Below are positions 50,280 through 64,000 of a DNA stretch of 64,000 nt, piece after piece; position 1 is the stretch's first letter; the number at the start of each line of letters is the position of its first letter. Location of the stretch: contig CP075495.1 in the NCBI GenBank assembly GCA_021613535.1, positions 7,750,001-7,814,000 of the forward strand. Direction: 5' to 3'. The translations under genes were made by a program, and so were the position numbers. The stretch comes from Adineta vaga (Eukaryota > Animalia > Rotifera). The notes under the pieces were generated by a model. That model was not told where the DNA came from and searched no databases. It saw only the letters and a program-made list of their open reading frames with translations.

Positions 50280-53164
50280 ATGAAATTTTTCTGGTTTATT
50301 TTTTTACTACTTTCAAAATTTGAAATCAAAGCCGAATCTTCATCTCTATCATTTGTAAATCTCATTCCAAGTCTTATTATTAATGGTCGATATATACTTG
50401 AAGAGAATATTGTCAATTCAAATGTTGCATTTAAACCAACATTTTCATCCATCAATATTCCATTAGTATTCAATATTAATCAATCAAATTGTAGTCGAGA
50501 TCTGCAACTATTTTCAAATGATTTAATTTCTCGAAAAATATGGGCATTAAAAAGTAACGTCAATTTATTTAAAATCGAATTTCAATGTCGTATTTTTCTT
50601 TTAGCATTCGATGCTTGGGGAAAATTACCAAGTGGATTAATGCATGGAAATATCTATTGGATTGGTTCAGTTTATGAATGTCAACATCATTTACGTGGTT
50701 TTAATAATACAGTTATTGCACAGCCATTTAAAACACGTACATGTACAATTGGTAATGGTATATCAACAACAATACGACCTGTCTATGGCATTTGTGTACC
50801 ACAAAGTTGTAATACGAATGATATTGTAAATTTTGTTAATGCGCGTATGTAAAACAAAATTCGAAAGAATATGTTTAACAAACTAATTGTTTGATATTTA
50901 GGTATTATTGAAATTCCATTTATTAAAAATCTAAGTAATCTAACAAATAATAGTGTTCACTGCATTGACTATCGGTCTCTTGATACAGGCGCGATTTCAA
51001 CCATGTAAGAATACATTTTATCACTTTATGTCAAATTTTTATGAAGATTTATTATTTAGTGTTCTGATTTCAATCATTGTTCTTCTAATTCTTCTAGCTA
51101 CAGGATTGCATATTATATATGGACATAAACAGGATATAAAGATGAATGAAACACAAACTGAATCAGCACCTGAAACTTTAATGAGTCGAACAACAATCGT
51201 AAATTCTTTATCAACTGGTAATCGTGCTGATGAATATAATCAATCGACATCATCATCAGATGAAATAATCCCATTAGTTGTTACACCCAAAGAACGTCTT
51301 GATTCAGGTATTAATCTATTCAAAGAAAAAGAAATGCAAATTTCGTTTAATACATTTGAATAGTTGCACAAAATCTTATCAATTGTTGTTCATTAACCAA
51401 TAATTATCAAATCTTAAAACATAATAATTATCCAGACAAATTAGCATGTCTCAATGGTATTCGTGTGCTGTCATTTTGTTGGATTCTTCTGGGACATACT
51501 ATTATTTTTGCTGCTTACTATTCTGGTAAGTAGAGAGGAAAATTTGCTATTGAACTGATTAGAATTAATTAGATAATTTATTAACGATTTTCAATTGGTC
51601 TCGTCTACTTTGGTTTCAATTTATTATACAAACATTCTTTAGTATTGATTCATTCTTTGTATTAAGGTTAGTTTTTATTATGATGAAGATCTGGTTATAA
51701 TTATCTACTTTTTCAGTGGTCTATTAACATCATTTACATACTTTATTTCGAACGCAGAAACCGAACGATTTTCACTAATTAAATTTATTCTCAATCATTA
51801 TATCTATCATTATTTAAGGTAAGATTATTTTTCTTTTTCCTATGAAATTATTCGATTGGCCATTGTAGATATACAACATTGTATGGAATTATTTTACTTA
51901 TTTATATCACCCTATCACCCTATTTGGGACAAGGTGGACCAGTTTATCCACTCGATGGTATTGAATCAGAATCGTGTCGACAAACATGGTGGCATAATTT
52001 AGTTTATATAAATAATTTTTTTGATATGCGATCTGGTTGTATGCCGGTAGGATATTCGAATTCTGGTGTATGATTCTAATAAAACGAGATTATTCTTTAG
52101 GTTACATGGTTCTTAGCTGTGAACATGCAGTTTCATTGGATTGCACCTTTATTTCTATTAATTGTTTCTTGGTAAGATTTCTGATGCATGAACTAATCGT
52201 AAAATAATTGAATTGCATTTTTTTACAGGAAATGGGTACTTGGGATGTTGGTTGCTATTGCTTTTGTCATCGTTGATGTAGTTACAACATCCGTTATAGT
52301 ATCCAAAAATGATTATGACTATGGTTTACTAAGTGATTTCTATTCGAATAATAAGTATGGATAAGTATTTCCAAGCATTCTATTTCCTATTTAAATCTTC
52401 TATTTAGATTTAATTCATCGAATACAACAAACGGTTATTTACAAGATGTATATATTAAACCATGGTGTCGTATAGCTCCTTATGCAATTGGTTTATCAAT
52501 TGGTTATATACTTTATGAAGTTTATCAACGTTCAAATTCATTATCATGGAATACTCTAGTGCCACAAACAACATTTGCTTCTCGATATTATCGTTTCAAA
52601 CAAGTACTAACATGGACATTTGCTTTGATTATCTTAGCACTTTGTATATTTGGTACCTATGGTGATTATAGTGGACATCCATTAACTCGTCAAAATCGTA
52701 TTGCATTTTTGACTCTCTCAAGACTTGGCTGGTCAATTGGACTCTCTATGATAATTATTGCTTGTTTTGCTGGACATGGAGGTAAACAAACGAATTTGAA
52801 TAATCTTTCTTCTATCATTTATTTTTCTTATTGGATAGGTGCTATTAATCGATTGTTAAGCCAATCATGTTTTTATAAATTATCAAAATTAACCTATGGT
52901 GCTTATTTATGGCATTCATTAGTTATTTTTGTTAATTATCTTGGTAGAGAACAACCAACACATTATACCATTGCAAACATAGTATGTTTAATTTCACGAA
53001 GAATTTGAGATAAACGAACGAAAAATATTTTATTTTAGATTCTCAATTTCATTTGGTATACAATCCTTTCATATCTCTTATCATTTGTCACATTTATTTT
53101 GATTGAATTACCTGTCATTCAATTACTCAAATTTTGCTTTAAGCGTCCTACAAAATTTCATTGA
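50280..53164 (+). CDS. NRF-6 / O-acyltransferase-like membrane protein (NRF domain + Acyl_transf_3)
   Basis: Signal peptide; CSRDL..WALK..DAWGKLPSGLMHGNIYWIGSVYEC; GICVPQSC; LACLNGIRVLSFCWILLGHY; IDSFFVLSG; WWHNLVYINNF; TWFLAVNMQF; YIKPWCRIAPY; LSKLTYGAYLWH; IELP. Confidence 0.92.
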
Positions 53165-54763
53165 ATATTCTGATACTTTATCTTTGTATAGAATTATTTT
53201 TTTTGTAAAATCTCACAATATTTCAAAAATATACTCAAGCACCCTGATCAATATTTACCAGTAATTCTGTAAAATTTTATCTATACACAACTATCGCTGA
53301 CTCCATCGCTTTTTCGTTCGAATCAAATGCATCTAGAATTTTTTTTCGTTTCTTCAGGCAATGCATAATAATCGTACTCTCTGAGATATATATAAACATC
53401 AACATTATAGGAAATTGAATTTCTTAATTATGAAAGTAATGAATACTATATTAGATTTTCTTGGTAATATATTATTCATAAAAGGATAAATATCACACGA
53501 GCAAGAGTTTTGCTCGATATATGTCAAAACAACAATCAAATTTTCTGTAAACCTTTACTTGCGCACTCGATGCCCTCTATCATACAATCATGTACAATCA
53601 AATTACCTGTCATTTGTAATTAAACTGATGACTTCATAATGAGATAGACTTTTCTCTCTCTCTCTTTCTATAATTTGATTATTCTTATTTTGACAAATGT
53701 TATCCAGTGGAAAGAATTACCCATTTCAAATACATGCAAATGATACGTCAATATTCTATCGAATATAAATATTGAAAAACCTGAAAAAATTGTATTCAAT
53801 TTTATATATAGTTCGTTATTCTGTCAGTCATAATATAAACAATATCCGAACAGTTTTCCATGGATGAGACATAATTCTCTTCGTCTTATCTATTCTTTGA
53901 TGCTTCTATTTTCCAGTGATTAACATCCAGGGTATGTTAGACTTATTCTTCTTACAATAACAATATATAAAGACCTTGATAGCAGATGCATTTTAGACAT
54001 ATAATCAAGAAAATACTGATAGGAAACTGTTATATAAAGAAGTGGATACCCACCTACAAACAGAGACGAATAACAAATAATCCAAAAAAATAAAAGTTCG
54101 CTGGAAGTTTATCTAGGCTTTTCTTATCAAATTGATATTCTCATGGTTTTATATATAGATATACGATAAATCAATAATAATAGGGCCATTTTTCTAACTG
54201 CAAACAGTACTTCATTATTCGTTCTTGCATAGATAATTAATAATACAGTTAAAAGCACAACAAACTCATATCAGATGCATATCCTTATCAAAATATTATT
54301 TCATTGTCCAAACGATTTTTTTTCTTTCTATACATATAACAATAATAATACTATATCTATTTCTTTTTTTTTTGTACCCATTAAAAATCTATACTATCAG
54401 TCATTAGGACTCTATTCTTGACTCATACAATACAGTTAAATATAGTTTTTGATCTTCAATGTTAATACGAATTGTTATTTCCACGACAATGTCAGTTTCT
54501 CTCTGAGTTTATTCGTTCGAAAAACTAGTTTCATCATTCATTATTCTCAGTCAAATAAAAAAAAATCACAATTTGTAATACAAGCATTCATTATGCACAT
54601 AAACGAAGATAAAATAATAAGCTGGAAAGATCTTGCAAGAAAAACTTCTCAAATAAAACAGAGTTATTCAATGAAAAGAAAACACATATCATATACTGGA
54701 TTTTGATCGCTATCTGTACAAACAATTTTTGAATAAAAAAGAAAAGAAATAAAACAAGAAATT

Positions 54764-57587
54764 CTATGTATGACCAAGCATCGTTCTTGAATAAAGACGG
54801 TTACATTGAAGACATAAAACATGATCATCGATTGGATAACAACCTTCGTCCGTTGTAAATTTTACGTTACATTGCTAGAATAAATCAAACATTCAAATAA
54901 AGCATTTTCCTCTATTATTGTCTTACTTACTTCACATCGATAACATTCTACATGATAATTTCGATCAAGTGCAACAATTCGAATTGTCTCTTCTTGACCA
55001 TTGTTAGGTAATATAGCTCGATGACAAGCATAACAACGTGGAGCAAATTTTTGATGAAAACAATCTATACAATGTACTTCCATCGAGGCATCAATAGTAA
55101 ACGGTACACCATCGAGACTTTTACGACATACAAAACAACAGAAACATGCAGCATGATAAGGTTTACCAGTTGCACGAAGAATCTAATAATACGAAAATAG
55201 ATCTTGAATAAGAAGCGACAATTGTTCGACTTACTCGATCAGTAATTGGTTGAGCACAAGCAACACATTTTTCTAAAGAATTCTAAATACAAATAAATAT
55301 AGACTAGATAAATAAATATCTACTGAGTTATTTACTTACAATATAACATGATTCACAATATGGTTTATTTTCCATTGAATAGAAATGCATTCCACGTAGA
55401 CGACAACCACACATGGTACATGTAAAACAAGAAACATGATACATTCTATCCATAGCTACAAGTCCATTTTCTTCACCAACAATTTCATCATTACATCTTG
55501 CACACATACCTTATCAAGTAATAAGAAAATACTTAATAAGAAGGAGAGGAAGATATATTGGAACTAACCAAAAAAATTTGGTTCATTCGAAGAATGAATA
55601 CTTTTCATTAATAAACGTGCTAAATGATCGACATCGGTAGAATCTTTTTTCATCATATGTCCAGTACGCATTGTGAATGGTGTCGAATTTGAATGTGAAG
55701 ATGTTGGAGGAAGATTTACAACAGATGGTGAACGATGTTCTGAATTATCGAAGATTGGAGAGTTGTTACTATTTGGACTTGTATAGGCTAGGAGAGGTTT
55801 AAAACGATTTGCAATTACATTTGATGCATAGCGATTATCAGTAGGAGCATCACGATGCATATCCGTTTGACGAAATGGCTAGAAAATGAACATAATAAGA
55901 TATTTTGTATTTATATTTCATTCTTTCTAGTTTACTGATGGTGCTCGTCCAAAAATTTGAATTGCCGGCGGCGGCGGCGGTGGTGGTGATGTGACAGGCA
56001 ATTCTCTTTGGTTTGTTGTATGCGGTGGTGCACCATGAGATGCATGAAAATTATGATCATTTCCATTTGTATAAGGAGTAATTGATGGATTATTAATTCC
56101 CTGACGATTGATTGAAGTTGATGGCGAATCAGGTCGAGAGATACGAAATTCTCTTATTGTTGATTTTGGTGGATTGGGTGATGGTGAAAAACGAATTTCA
56201 GATCGATTAGGTGAACCTCGAGCTGTAATTGTTATTAGCGGTGATTGAGAGGCACTAAGATTGATGACAGCTAAGACAATAGAAGGAAAACAATATCATA
56301 TTATACGATAGTAGACTTGAAACATACGACGATGATTATTGTAATTAGCTGCTGTCGGTGTCGTAGATCGATATGGTAGATATTGCGCATGTTTTGCAAT
56401 CGTTGGTGATGATGGTTCATGTTCTGACAGATATGAATTCGAAAGTGAAGAACCTAAATAAGAAATAGTGAATACATAATTAGTTCGATACATATTTTTG
56501 TTGTCATTATTAGACAAACAAAACTAACAGTTCATTGCTCATTTGGGAAAAGAAAGAGAGAACGAGATAGAAGCCTTGCTCGCTTCATTGAAGTACATCT
56601 TCAGTACACACATTCATATATATTTATATGTATGTATATGTATATAGTCGTTTACTATTTCTGACGATGATTGGCTATGTTAACAAGAATCGTTCTTTAG
56701 GTTGTCATCAGAAGATCGTTATGTATGCATATGTAATCATATTGAGAACATGCCAACATTCTTATGACCTTCGATATATCAGTTAGTTTTTTATGCTGAA
56801 ACGACTGTATAGTTAGTTTGATACTTTCAATCGAACAACAGACATGTATGACTAAAGACACATTCAAATGCAGTCATTACAAAACATGCAACAAACGAAA
56901 CATTCAAAATCCTACGAGTTTTATGATGATGATTGAAACTATAAAATAAATTAAAAGTGTTGAAAAGATAAGATTATATTGATTTTCACGATATACCTGA
57001 ATCTGATCGACCAATCGTTGCTTGAATAAATGGATTTTTAACAGGTACAAATTGATAAGTATTATCAATAGGTGTTGGTGTAGAAAAAGCTGGTGGTGGT
57101 GGTGGAAATTCAATCGAAAGTGATTCGTCAGATGATGTCAATTCATTGTAATCGTCACCATCATCATTATCATCATCGTTATCGTTTGCTAAAATAAGAA
57201 ATTAAGCCACACATTTGACATGCGACATGCTCGGAAAGAAAATCATCATAATGAATAGCAAACGACAAATCAATTACATGCCTTTTTCATTTATGTCTCC
57301 TTACCGTTTGTTTGATTGACTGAAAGACGACGTTGTGATTGATTTTGAGAGTATTGTTGATAATCATTCTGTCGACGATTATTATTTGTATAATCAAATG
57401 GATCGGGAGTGACTTGAGAACGATAGAATGGTTTTGGTCCAACTATTCGCGTTGCTGTTGATGCTAGATCTGATGAATATCGATTGATATTCATTGGTAA
57501 AGGTAAATTATTATCGTATCGATTAAAATATGGAGTTTGAGTTTGAATAAATGTATTATTCTTTGATGATAATGGCGACGAAGACAT
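54764..57587 (-). CDS. Zyxin-family triple-LIM protein (LPP/TRIP6/zyxin-like)
   Basis: Pro-rich N-terminus including IEFPPPPP (Ena/VASP-type); VDHLARLLMKS..FFG|MCARC; three LIM domains including ILRATGKPYH..SLDGVPFTIDA..KFAPRC..GQEETIRIVALDRNYHVECYRCE. Confidence 0.9.
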
Positions 57588-59120
57588 CGATATTTATATT
57601 TATCTTCAGAAAGAACAGAATGATGCGTATGTATGTGTGTGTGTATGACAACAGCGACAATCAGAATTCACCCACACAATAGAATAGTCTGAGAGATAGA
57701 GAAGAAAATGAAGGAGAAGAGAAAAAAGTGGAGATGGAATTAGAGACGAGAAAGAATGGAGAGGGAAAACAAATAACGTTGTATCATCCAAACCGGTGGT
57801 ACCAATATAGAAAGAACGAGAAAATACTAGTGTATGTCTATTTGTTCTGATTTTATCGTATCCTTTCGGATGTTCAGCTATATGATATGTTTCAGTAGTC
57901 CGATTGTCTGTCATAAACAGATCAAAACAAACAAGATAGTGAATTCGATATCTATCAACTTTTTCTATCAATGCTACTTCAAATGCACGTTTTTTTTTCT
58001 TCAGAAAAAGATTACTTTAGGTTCATAAAAATGCAAAAAAGAACGAAAAAAATCAGAGAAAATGATGAAAGATTTTACCTTACAAAAAAGAAATCATATA
58101 ATATGTGAAGTATTTATCGAACTAAGAAGAATGAATAATCAATCATGTCTAAAATAGTTAATAATCATGAAATTACTCATGATTATTACACATTTATTCT
58201 AGTTTGATCTATACTTTAAATAGATTAAATTGAAATTGTAATCTTTTTTTTCGATCTCAATCGACAACTCTTCAATTTTACACATAAAGGTTGACTCAAA
58301 TATTCGCTTATTGGATGAAATATTATTTATTATTACCACTATTAGAAAACATGATTTCTAATCTTACGTATAATTTTCTCTTTTCCCTCTCTCTCTCTTT
58401 CTGTCAATATTGACTGATCGAAAAAACGAAACTTTCGTCAATATAATTCTTTTGATGATCATATGAAATATATGTTCTTCTCTACTACATTTTTATAAAC
58501 GATCGATCACACGCTTGCCTCTCTTTCTCCTATAGAGACAAATAACAATACGTATCGAGATAAGACCATATACGACATCACTGACTGGTTTGAACTGAAT
58601 ATATATTCTCTAATAATGTGCTTGACATTTGACACACTACGATTAGTCTTTTATGGTCATGCCGATTCTTTGCGCTGTTTCACTTGGATTAATATTGTAT
58701 GTTGATGAGAAAATAAAAGAAGATTAAAAGAAAATTTATTCACCTATACAAAACAAAACGAAAACATATTTTTTGCATAAATTACAACGAACAGTTAGTA
58801 AGCAAGTAGTAATCATCAGTAAGTTTATGGTCCATCGTCCACACTCTACTCGTATTGTAAAGAAACAATTCTTTTTATCAATAGTTGTCAGTAGTTGTCG
58901 AGTAACTCTACTCGATTCATTAATACATACATATAATTCATACATACTCATATCATCAAAAGAATAGAATTGATAACTCTATCATATAATAATATTTCTT
59001 TGCATGTATTCGTTTATAAAGATGAAAACGTTTTTTTTTCTTGAGTTTAATCTGATCACAAATTTTTTAAACAGTAATACATTTACAAAAAAAACCTCAG
59101 TCAATCGAAACATCTATCGA

Positions 59121-62100
59121 TTAGACGGCTCGTCGAATAAGATCATTCAATCTCACGGGAATCCATTGACCATTATCAAAAATAAATACAACATTCTTAT
59201 CAATATAGATGTTTACTTTGCCAAACTGATACACTTGTTTGCCTTCGAATGTTCGATTTGTTATTGGTATGAATAAAACATTCTGTTCAGCTGCTTTCTT
59301 CTCAACTAAATCTTTAAATGATGAGACGACGGTGGAAGTTGATGATGCTACACCACGATTGAACAAAGCCTAGAAAAATAGAAACAAAATATAATTATTT
59401 AATTAAGAACTATTATTCGAATCGTACCTCATAATTAGCATTTGCAGGTGGCAGTGGAGGTGGAGATGGCATTGGTTGAACATTGACTGGACCTGATATT
59501 CGTCGATCAATCATCATTAAACCTTCAGTTAGTTTTTCTTTGATATTTATATGATTGATAAGTACAGGAGGAAGTAATGAACGCCATCCACTGTACCATC
59601 GTTGAATTTCTTGATAATTTGGATTAGTATTCAACCATGTGTTCAAAACCTAAACATACATATATGCCTTATACATCCATCTCTACTCGTGAATAAATGT
59701 ACGTACCTGAAGCCATTTGGGAAAGAATGTTTTTTCTAAAATTGCGATCGTACTCGACAATGGTACCATGTCAATCCAGCTAATAAACCAATTCCAAGGA
59801 TCTAAATATACATAAATATATATTGTTTTATAAGAAAATCTCTTCTGACATATACAATATCTTACCTATCACTTGTTGTCGAGGATCGATTACGAATTGT
59901 TGCATTAACGTAACTAATTTAGGTACAATATGTTTGTTCATATAACCATCCCATGTTGATTGTGGAAATACTTTCTGCCAGGGAAGTAGAACTGCTTTTG
60001 CCGATGAATCCGATGGTTGCCAGTTTTGTAAAGCTTGTGCAAGTTTTGTTCGAATCGGTTGGTATAATGGTTCAAGACGTTCTTTCATCAGTGGCAACCA
60101 TGGATGTATCCATGAATGAATAGGTATTGAATCAGTCAATGGATTCCATGCATCTACTTCACGATGAAGAACAGGCAGCACCAATTGATCGAGAATATTG
60201 TCCAAAATCCACCGAGGTAGTATTGATTTCCATCGTTCGATCGTATCTATGAGTTGATCTGGATGACGTGGATTCCAATCACTAAATCAGAAAAAGTAAT
60301 CAAATTCATGGTTTTGTTATCTCGAAATATATATATATATATATTGACTTACAGAATTGCTCGTCGAATAAATGGCATCCACACTTCCCAGATGAGTCGA
60401 TGATACGGATCCATATTTTCTTTCATTGGAATCGAATTGTCTGAAGTTAAATCAATTGTATCATCTTCAAGTACATCCTTCCATTTAGCAAATATGTTAA
60501 TTAATTCTTGGTCATGTTCATGATCACCATGAGGAACATTCCAATTAGTAGCAAGATATTGCTTGAGTTGATTGTGTAGAACAGGAACTGCAATATCCCA
60601 TAAACGATATGTTTGATATTCTTTAGAATAATTTCTTTTCAATTCTCCAAAAACACGTTGAAGAAAAAATAGATCATTGATATTACCAATTTGTTGTACA
60701 CATAGTTCGCATCTAAAACCAAGCGTAATTTGTTTTTAAAGAATAATTGGTAATGAAATCACTTACTGTTCAATCATATTAAGAAGAATATTCAATCGAT
60801 TCATTTTTGTTTCTTCGTCTGAAATTAATTTTTGTGTATGTGATAGATCATATTTCAATGCAACTGTTGTATCTTCATCAAATTTTCGTCTAAAAAAATT
60901 TCTTCATTACATTTTGCGGCAGGTGAATGCAGATATCTTACCGTCGATGAGAACGAATCATTGCTTCTTCACATGACTCAATTACCATGTCAAGATTATG
61001 TGTCAATTCTTCTAATGAAAACATTTGTTCTTGATCAAAATGTTTAGTTGAAATAGAATCATAATTCTGAAGTACACGTTGTTCACGACCAGTCATATCA
61101 ATTATCTTTTCTCGATTTTGTTCGCCTGCCTTTTTATTTTGAAATTTTGTTGATTGTTCTTTAAGCACATCGTCCATTGTTTTATAGATATACTGTTGTT
61201 TTGGAGCTTTCTAAACAAAGAAAACATATATAATTTATGGTTTTTATATTAATTGTTTTACTTCTCGTTGCTGTTTTCTCCATTGTGGCATATTGGAAGC
61301 AGCATTTTTTTTCGATGATTTCGATGATGAACCTGGTTCTGATTCTAGAAGAAAAGAATTGTAACGTTCAATCATATTAGATAAAAGACATTACCTTCAA
61401 TAGGCTTAGCAAGATTAGGATCTTCATGTCCATATCGACCAATAGCACCTTTGCCTTGACGTTTTTGAACTTGAATCGGTAGTGCTCGACCTTGAAGATT
61501 TTTTCCCAAACCATGACCTTCTTTGTAACCCATCTAAATATATCACAATTAGATAATGTATATATATATATATATATTCATTCATCAGAATAGAGTCAGT
61601 CAGATTGTAGCTTTAAATGTAATAGAACGTACCTTCGTCAATAGTTTCATACCAATACCTTTTGTATGTTTTTCGAATGCACCAAACTCTCTGAAAGAAA
61701 AAAGAAAACCATCGTACAGATGATCTAATTAAAGGAAGAAAATTTCAAATACTTGTCTCGAATCGGTGCTGAGTTCATTGGTGGTGGTCGTTGATATTGC
61801 ATATTTGGTGGTTGACGTTGAGTGATTGGTCTTTGAACTTCTTCATCACTCTAAAAATAATTACATAAATAATTCCAATCCGTTTACAATGTCATTTATC
61901 TTACCGATCCACCACGTTGATTACTTTCTTCTCGTATTTCTTCGATATCACTATCATCATCAGAATCATCGTCGTCATCATCATCATCATCATCGTCCAT
62001 ATCTCTACGTTTTTTTCGTTTTTTTCCAATTATTTCAACTTCATCATCATCGTCATCATCATCATCGACTCTTTCATCACTATCTTCATCACTAATATAA

Positions 62101-62455
62101 TCTTCGGGCAAGATTGATTTCTTTTTTGTTTCTTTTCTTGGTGGTTTGTTCTTTTCAACTTTTGATCCTGATTTGAAACCACCACTAACAAAAGAAATTG
62201 GTTGAGCTATACGACTATAGGATGATGATGCAGTTGTTGTAGGACGATTCGATGCACGTTCTGAACCTGTTGCCCAAATACCTACAATAAAAAACATATA
62301 TTTAAATTGAAACAAATTTTAATCGATGAATATGACATCTTACCATAGATAGATTCTTCTTTACTTTGTCGTCCTCGGCGGCGTGTTGGATTAAATGCAG
62401 AATCTAAATCGCTTTCTGTAATATTGAAGTCTTCAATAAAATCATCATCAGCCAT
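59121..62455 (-). CDS. TFIP11: Tuftelin-interacting protein 11 (G-patch spliceosome disassembly factor)
   Basis: MADDDFIEDFNITESDL..FNPTRRRGRQSKEESIYGIWA; PISFVSGG; G-patch FEKHTKGIGMKLLTK|MGYKEGHGLGKNLQG; WNPLTDSIPIHSWIHPWLP; FFPKWLQ; EGKQVYQFG. Confidence 0.95.
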
Positions 62456-62763
62456 TGATTATGTTAATATTGAGAAGAATGATGGAAAACAAAGATATAT
62501 TTCGTAAAAATACGCATTCTGTTGAAAAAATCAATAAAAATGAGTCACAGTTAACTTTTATTGGTTTATTCTGAGAACCAGTTATATCATTTAAGAATAT
62601 TTCTGTCGTCGTCAGCATTTATTTTTAATGATACACATTTGTTATAACATACCATACCATACCATACCATATTTTTTTCAAACTTAGAAAAGAAGAAGGA
62701 CAAAATAATACTTTTTTTTGTAGATATTTCAGAGTAGAACGTCTTTAGTTTTGATTTATCAAT

Positions 62764-64000
62764 ATGGCAAAGGTAAAATAATTGAATTCTTCTTCATTCA
62801 AACGAAGAGAAGAACTTTTTAGGAAAATGATGGTGTAAAACAAAATAAATCTAACGGTCACACAATGCCAAGAAATGAACAAAGACCAAAAGGTCGTTCA
62901 TCATGTTGTTCAATATGTATCTATACATTTATTTTTGTTTCCGGTGTCATTGTTGGTAAGATAACTTTAATAATTACAACTGAAGATGAATATCTCGTTT
63001 CGTCTATTTAGCAACAATTTTACCTGATTTAGCTGGTCATCAATTTAAACAACCTTATGGAAAAGAATACGGTATGGTTTGAATTAGAAATTTTCATTTA
63101 AAGAGATTCTTTTGTATTTGAAGGTGTAATGCTTGAACAAGCATTTAAAGATTTACCAAAACACATGACTACTTTAGCAGAAACAGCAGTCGTCGTTGGT
63201 CGTGATCTAATGAACCGATTTTGGAAAATGAAAGCAGAAATTGATCGTCGTGTCGCTGACATACAAGCCAAAGAAGGTGATAAATCATCATCGTCATCGA
63301 CAACAACAAAACGTACTGCAACAACAAGTAATAATTAACATATACAAATAACTAAAAACAAAGTAATTTCTCGTATTTTTAGCGAAAGGTACAACCCAAC
63401 GTTCAACAACAACCAAAACAACAACAGCTGGTTTGTATTTTTGTTTTATTTTTCCACTTGAAATTACGAGCAAAAAAATTCGTTTAGCTACTACAAAACA
63501 AACAACTACTACTCAACGCACAACACAAACAAGTTTGTAGATGCATTTTTATACCTAAAATTCATTTGTTTCTTTTAGCAACGACAACACGTCGACCAAC
63601 TACAACCACTACCAGCACCACCACTACTACCCCACGTCCAACTACTACCACTACCACTACCCCACGTCCTACTACTACTACCACCACCACTACTACCCAA
63701 CGTCCAACTACCACCACTACCACTACCCCACGTCCTACTACTACCACCACCACCACCACTACTACCCAACGTCCAACTACCACAACCACCACTCAACGTT
63801 CAACTACTGCTACAGAGACAACTACAGCAGCAACTACTCAACCAACTACTACTACCACCTTCACTGAAGCAACCACGCGTGCTGCAACTACTCAACCAAC
63901 GACAACAACAACAACCACTCCTACAATTCAAACAACAACTATTCCTCCTGCTACCACTCAAACAGCAACGACTCCTCCTACTACCACCATCACCACTACC
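62764..64000 (+). CDS. Type II membrane mucin-like protein with Thr-rich stalk; 3' end outside window
   Basis: Spliced MAK|ENDGVKQ..GRSSCCSICIYTFIFVSGVIV|ATILPD..|GVMLEQAFKDLP..|short Thr exons|TTTRRPTTTTTSTTTTTPRP...; single N-proximal TM segment. Confidence 0.7.
63580..63800 (+). repeat. Coding minisatellite encoding (T)n-P/Q-R-P repeats
   Basis: About six imperfect 27-39 bp units ending actacccc/aacgtcc; produces spurious poly-Val and Gly/Ser ORFs on the minus strand. Confidence 0.9.

Noticed and set aside
53498-53517. Small inverted repeat cgagcaa-gagtt-ttgctcg
   Set aside because: A 7-bp stem is expected by chance in 64 kb; no associated element.
61826-62117. His-rich and Ile-rich plus-strand ORFs
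   Set aside because: Antisense of the poly-Asp (gat)n tract in TFIP11.
63562-63796. Poly-Val and Gly/Ser/Trp repeat ORFs on the minus strand
   Set aside because: Antisense readings of the Thr-rich (acc/act) coding repeat on the plus strand.

Overview
Gene-dense, AT-rich eukaryotic (metazoan) genomic DNA with many short (~48-70 bp) GT-AG introns, so the six-frame ORF track shows exon fragments and I spliced the genes by eye. The tiny introns, tight packing, animal housekeeping genes and an intron-containing bacterial-type glycoside hydrolase fit a bdelloid rotifer (Adineta/Rotaria-like); this is an inference. Recognisable genes in order: GH26 beta-mannanase with CBM59-like module (likely HGT, runs off the left edge), GM2-activator-like ML protein, a small secreted peptide precursor, a secreted 5x(10-Cys)-mucin-EGF-ShKT protein, HEATR4, a PARP-family mono-ADP-ribosyltransferase, a divergent Dispatched, an accessory island at 23.3-33.2 kb, RWDD4, WDR90, a divergent PP1, IDH3A, MRPS31, a Fringe-like GT31, an NRF-6-like acyltransferase, a zyxin/LPP LIM protein, TFIP11 and a Thr-rich membrane mucin (runs off the right edge). 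The main candidate for an undescribed system is the 23.3-33.2 kb island of seven co-oriented genes. Four are two-exon secreted peptides sharing an exact C-x18-C core and an intron in the same Tyr codon, which the ORF track does not show intact. They are interleaved with three paralogous two-EF-hand proteins whose loops all end in Asp12, and some upstream regions are enriched in ACGT/TTACGT bZIP-type sites. No rRNA, tRNA, CRISPR array or intact transposon was found.
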